NCBI GenBank assembly: GCA_017462265.1
Contig: JAFTRN010000030.1
Coordinates: forward strand, 20,983 to 84,982
Length of the DNA stretch: 64,000 nt
Source: Coprobacter sp.
GTDB taxonomy: Bacteria; Bacteroidota; Bacteroidia; Bacteroidales; UBA11471
Direction: 5' to 3'
The notes below the pieces were generated by a model. The model had not been told where the DNA came from. It searched no databases and worked only from the letters and a program-made list of their open reading frames with translations. How positions within the stretch are numbered: the first letter of the stretch is position 1; each line of letters starts with the position of its first letter. Position numbers and translations under genes: made by a program. Shown here piece after piece: positions 59,916 to 64,000 of this stretch.

Positions 59916-62360
59916 ATGTCAGCGTTATTCCCGCCGAAGAAGAAAAAACGAAATACCGGATCTCAGCCTCTTAAGGTCGATACAAAAAAGAAAAAAGATA
60001 TTACCCGCTGGATAGTCATCGCCATGTGGAGTATCTTTGCGTTGATTGCAGCCTCGGTTTTCTACATCTTTACCGCTATATCCGATGGCCGTATAGGCTA
60101 TATGCCCCCTATCGATGAGTTGCAGAACCCCAAAGATAAATTGGCTTCGGAGCTTTATTCGGCCGATATGCAACCCATAGGTCGCTTTTTCTTGGAGCAG
60201 GGAAATCGTGTGTTTGTCGATTACTCGCAAATTTCGCAAACCATGGTCGATGCCTTGCTGGCAACCGAAGATGTGCGTTTCTATGAGCACTCGGGTATCG
60301 ACCTGCGTTCGTTGTTGCGCGCCATTGTGAAACGCGGATTACTCGGTCAGCAGAGTGCCGGTGGTGGCAGTACACTCACACAGCAATTGGCCAAGCTCTA
60401 CTATTCGCCTCGGGCCGGCAGCGTGCTCGAACGTCTGTTCCAGAAACCTATCGAATGGGTTATTGCGGCAAAGTTGGAGCACTTCTACACCAAGACCGAG
60501 ATTATCAATATGTATCTCAATAAGTTCGACTTCCTCTATGAGGCAGTGGGTTTGCAGTCGGCAGCGGCAACCTATTTCAGTACTACGGCCAAAGACTTGA
60601 AAGTAGAAGAGGCCGCCGTGTTGGTGGGTATGTTCAAAAACCCCCGTATATACAACCCCATACTTTATCCCGATAGGTCATTGAACCGACGCAATACGGT
60701 ACTCGAACAGATGGAAAAGGCCGGTTATCTTACTGTAGCCCAGCTCGACTCGCTGAAAGCATTACCCATCAAAACACGATTCTCGCGTCTCAATCACGAG
60801 ACCGGTGTGGCTCCCTATTTCCGTGAGCATATACGCCAAATGATGATGGCCCGTAAGCCCGAGCGTAAAAACTATCGCGGTTGGCAACGTCAGCAGTATG
60901 TCGATGACTCTATCGCGTGGGCTACCAATCCGCTCTATGGTTGGTGTCGTAAAAATCACAAATCCGATGGCTCGGATTACAACATCTATACCGATGGCTT
61001 GAAGATATATACCACGATAGATACTCGTATGCAGAGATATGCCGAGGAGGCTATTGCCGAGCATCTGGGGGCCTATCTGCAACCCCGATTCGAGGCCGAA
61101 ATGAAACTTAATCCCTATGCCCCCTTTTCTGAAGATTTGATGCCCGAGGAAGTAGAAGAAATAATGGATCGCGCCATAAAACAGAGCGACCGTTATCGGG
61201 TGTCGAAAGCCGCTAAAATGTCGGAAGCCGAGATAGAGACAGCCTTCAATACTCCTGTGCCTATGCGGGTTTTCTCATGGGCCGGAATGAAAGATACTAT
61301 TATGACACCGACCGACTCTATAAAATACATCAAGACCTTGTTGCGTACAGGATTTATGTCTGTCGATACCCGTAGCGGTCATGTGAAAGCCTATGTGGGT
61401 GGTATCGACTATCGCAACTTCAAATACGATATGGTGTCGGACGGCCGCCGTCAAGTGGGCTCTACCATCAAGCCGTTTTTATATACGTTGGCTATGGAGG
61501 AGGGCTATTCTCCTTGTGACTTGGCTCCTAATGTACAACCCAATATTTTCGACCGTGCCACCGGCGAAGTGTGGTCGCCGCGAAACTCGTCCAATGAGCG
61601 TGTAGGCGAGTATGTTACATTGCGTTGGGGTCTCTCCAAATCCAACAACTGGATATCGGCCTACCTTATGAGTCGTCTTGCCCCGCAATCTTTGGTACGA
61701 CTGATGCACTCTTTCGGTATTCGGGGGCATATCGACCCGGTGATGGCACTTTGTCTCGGCTCGGCCGATGTGTCGGTCGAGGAGATGGTAACGGCCTACA
61801 CGGCATTTTCCAATCATGGATTGCGTATCGATCCCATATATGTGTCGCGTATAGAGGATAATCATGGTAATGTGATTACCGATTTCGTGCCGCAGGTATC
61901 TGAGGTGTTCAGCGAATCGACCTATCTCAAAATGTTGCCTATCTTGTGCGATGTTATCGACCATGGTACCGGTATTCGTTTGCGCTATCGCTATAAAATC
62001 GATGCGCAGATGGGTGGAAAAACCGGTACGACCAACAATAATTCCGATGGATGGTTCATGGGCTTCACCCCCTCGCTTGCCACGGGTATATGGGTGGGAG
62101 GCGAGGAGCGCTCTATTCACTTCGACCGTATAGCCGATGGCCAGGGAGCCAACACCTCCTTGCCTATCTATGCGCATTACATACAGAAGGTATATGCCGA
62201 TTCTACCATATTCTATTATCCGACAGATACATTCGCGGTAGATTCTACGATATTCTATCCCTGTGAAGGCCTTATCGACCCCACGATACCGGTTGAAGAG
62301 CAACAAGCCGTCCCGCCGGTCAATCTCGAAGAGGAGGCTATCGAGGGCATATTCGATTGA
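59916..62360 (+). CDS. mrcA: bifunctional penicillin-binding protein 1A (GT51 transglycosylase / transpeptidase)
   Basis: TM anchor. GT51 motifs are EDVRFYEHSGID and GGSTLTQQLAK. Transpeptidase motifs are GSTIKPF (SxxK), SKSNN (SxN-like) and GKTGTTN (KTG). Confidence 0.92.
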   Translation: MSALFPPKKKKRNTGSQPLKVDTKKKKDITRWIVIAMWSIFALIAASVFYIFTAISDGRIGYMPPIDELQNPKDKLASELYSADMQPIGRFFLEQGNRVFVDYSQISQTMVDALLATEDVRFYEHSGIDLRSLLRAIVKRGLLGQQSAGGGSTLTQQLAKLYYSPRAGSVLERLFQKPIEWVIAAKLEHFYTKTEIINMYLNKFDFLYEAVGLQSAAATYFSTTAKDLKVEEAAVLVGMFKNPRIYNPILYPDRSLNRRNTVLEQMEKAGYLTVAQLDSLKALPIKTRFSRLNHETGVAPYFREHIRQMMMARKPERKNYRGWQRQQYVDDSIAWATNPLYGWCRKNHKSDGSDYNIYTDGLKIYTTIDTRMQRYAEEAIAEHLGAYLQPRFEAEMKLNPYAPFSEDLMPEEVEEIMDRAIKQSDRYRVSKAAKMSEAEIETAFNTPVPMRVFSWAGMKDTIMTPTDSIKYIKTLLRTGFMSVDTRSGHVKAYVGGIDYRNFKYDMVSDGRRQVGSTIKPFLYTLAMEEGYSPCDLAPNVQPNIFDRATGEVWSPRNSSNERVGEYVTLRWGLSKSNNWISAYLMSRLAPQSLVRLMHSFGIRGHIDPVMALCLGSADVSVEEMVTAYTAFSNHGLRIDPIYVSRIEDNHGNVITDFVPQVSEVFSESTYLKMLPILCDVIDHGTGIRLRYRYKIDAQMGGKTGTTNNNSDGWFMGFTPSLATGIWVGGEERSIHFDRIADGQGANTSLPIYAHYIQKVYADSTIFYYPTDTFAVDSTIFYPCEGLIDPTIPVEEQQAVPPVNLEEEAIEGIFD

Positions 62361-62400
62361 TAGAAACAAAGTTTTGAAAATTAAAACAACATCTAACAAT

Positions 62401-63360
62401 ATGGGATTTTTTGATTTTTTCCAAAAAGAGAAAAAAGCAACGCTCGACAAAGGGTTGGCCAAGACCAAAGAGGGCGTATTCTCGAAATTGGCTCGTGCCG
62501 TTGCCGGTAAATCTACGGTCGATGATGACGTTCTCGACAATCTCGAGGAGATACTCATATCATCGGACGTGGGTGTAGATACTACGTTGCGTATCATCGA
62601 ACGTATAGAGCAACGTGTGGCCCGCGACAAATATCTTTCGACAGGAGAATTGAAAAATATCCTGCGTGAAGAGATTGTGGCGTTGCTGGCCGAGAACAAT
62701 ACCGGTGATGAAAGCGACTTTGTAGTCCCGGCAGGAGTCTCTGTCCCCTATGTCATTATGGTGGTGGGTGTCAATGGTGTGGGAAAAACCACGACCATCG
62801 GTAAATTGGCATACCAATATAAGAAAAGCGGATTGAACGTATATCTGGGTGCCGCCGATACCTTCCGGGCCGCTGCCGTGGAGCAGATATGCATCTGGGG
62901 CGAGCGTGTGGGTGTACCTGTCGTGAAACAAAAGATGGGGGCCGATCCGGCTTCAGTAGCATTCGATACATTAAGTTCGGCCAAGGCCAATAACGCCGAT
63001 GTGGTAATCATCGATACCGCCGGTCGCCTCCACAACAAAGTGGGATTGATGAACGAATTGACCAAGATAAAGAAAGTGATGGACAAGGTGATACCAGGTG
63101 CTCCTCATGAGATATTGCTTGTGCTCGATGGCTCTACCGGTCAGAACGCATTCGAGCAGGCTCGTCAGTTCACAGCGGCTACCGAGGTCAATGCGTTGGC
63201 TGTCACCAAACTCGATGGCACAGCCAAAGGCGGTGTGGTAATCGGTATTTCCGATCAGTTCAAGACACCGGTTAAGTATATCGGTCTTGGTGAGGGTATC
63301 GAGGATTTGCAACCTTTCCGTCGTCGTGAGTTTGTCGATTCATTGTTTGGCGATAATTAA
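62401..63360 (+). CDS. ftsY: signal recognition particle receptor
   Basis: MGFFDFF... leads the N domain. The G domain has MVVGVNGVGKTTTIGKLA, DTAGRL and TKLDGTAKGG. The start at 62401 lies just after the PBP1A stop. Confidence 0.93.
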   Translation: MGFFDFFQKEKKATLDKGLAKTKEGVFSKLARAVAGKSTVDDDVLDNLEEILISSDVGVDTTLRIIERIEQRVARDKYLSTGELKNILREEIVALLAENNTGDESDFVVPAGVSVPYVIMVVGVNGVGKTTTIGKLAYQYKKSGLNVYLGAADTFRAAAVEQICIWGERVGVPVVKQKMGADPASVAFDTLSSAKANNADVVIIDTAGRLHNKVGLMNELTKIKKVMDKVIPGAPHEILLVLDGSTGQNAFEQARQFTAATEVNALAVTKLDGTAKGGVVIGISDQFKTPVKYIGLGEGIEDLQPFRRREFVDSLFGDN

Positions 63361-63396
63361 AACTCTACTCTGAGAGTATTCATTTTCAGTATTGGC

Positions 63397-64000
63397 GATG
63401 ATAAAAAATCGTATAGATGTAATTACGCTCGGGTGTTCCAAAAATTTGGTCGATTCCGAGCATTTGATGCGTCAATTTCGTGCTGCCGGTTATGATGTGT
63501 ATCACGATGCCCCCGAGGTCAAAGGCGAAATCGTGGTCATCAACACGTGCGGATTTATAGGCGATGCCAAGGAGGAATCGATAAATATGATTCTTTCGTT
63601 TGTACAAGCCAAGGCTCGTCGTAAAATACGTAAACTTTACGTCATGGGTTGCCTCTCGCAGCGCTATATGACCGAGCTGATGGGCGAAATTCCCGAGGTG
63701 GATAAGTTCTATGGGAAGTTCGATTTCAACAACCTGTTGAGTGATTTGGGTGAGGCCTATCGGGGTGAATATCGGTTACAACGTGTATTGACTACGCCAC
63801 CACATTATGCTTATGTGAAGATAGCCGAGGGTTGCAATCGTATGTGTGCATATTGTGCCATACCCATCATTACGGGTCGGTATGTGTCTCGCTCTATTGA
63901 CGACATTGTGGCCGAGATTGAAATGTTGGTGGGGCAGGGAGTGAAAGAGTTCCAGCTTATAGCGCAAGACCTTACCTATTATGGAAAGGACCTCTATGGC
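63397..64000 (+). CDS. rimO: ribosomal protein S12 methylthiotransferase, 3'-partial (not in the supplied ORF track)
   Basis: I translated it by hand: MIKNRIDVITLGCSKNLVDSEHLMRQFRAAGY...VVINTCGFIGDAKEES...YVKIAEGCNRMCAYCAIPIITGR. This gives the UPF0004 N-domain cysteines and the radical-SAM CxxxCxxC. The frame is open to the window end. Confidence 0.85.

Overview
The window looks like a Bacteroidales chromosome segment of roughly 50% GC. Evidence for that: Bacteroidetes -7 TAnnTTTG promoter boxes, SusC/SusD genes, T9SS C-terminal sorting domains and many lipoproteins. Most of it is ordinary core content: dnaE, trxA, valS, glyA, ftsY, rimO (3'-partial, absent from the ORF track), rsmI, folK, PBP1A, and a GT2 plus GT-C pair. 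It also holds GH43, GH105 and GH95 genes, an AAE-family transporter, a CDF transporter and two HAD hydrolases. Regulated loci are (i) an ECF-sigma/FecR/SusC(STN)/SusD operon with no CAZyme. That operon instead carries two lipoproteins, a TlpA-type WCGPC oxidoreductase and a YD-repeat/FN3 T9SS cargo. (ii) A cobalamin riboswitch upstream of a BtuB-like receptor and a beta-propeller (BtuG-like) lipoprotein. I found no CRISPR array, tRNA, rRNA, or recognisable defence or toxin system. The most unusual signals are structural. (a) 115-bp direct repeats duplicate the valS 3' end plus terminator and bracket a 2.85-kb AT-rich island that has no recombinase. (b) Two inverted paralogous lipoprotein genes share a near-identical 5' module of about 0.95 kb and bracket about 10 kb that includes valS. 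(c) A MITE-like repeat family has about 18-bp terminal inverted repeats, 8-bp target-site duplications and one nested insertion. (d) A second short dispersed intergenic repeat family is present. All family names come from motifs read by eye, not from database searches.
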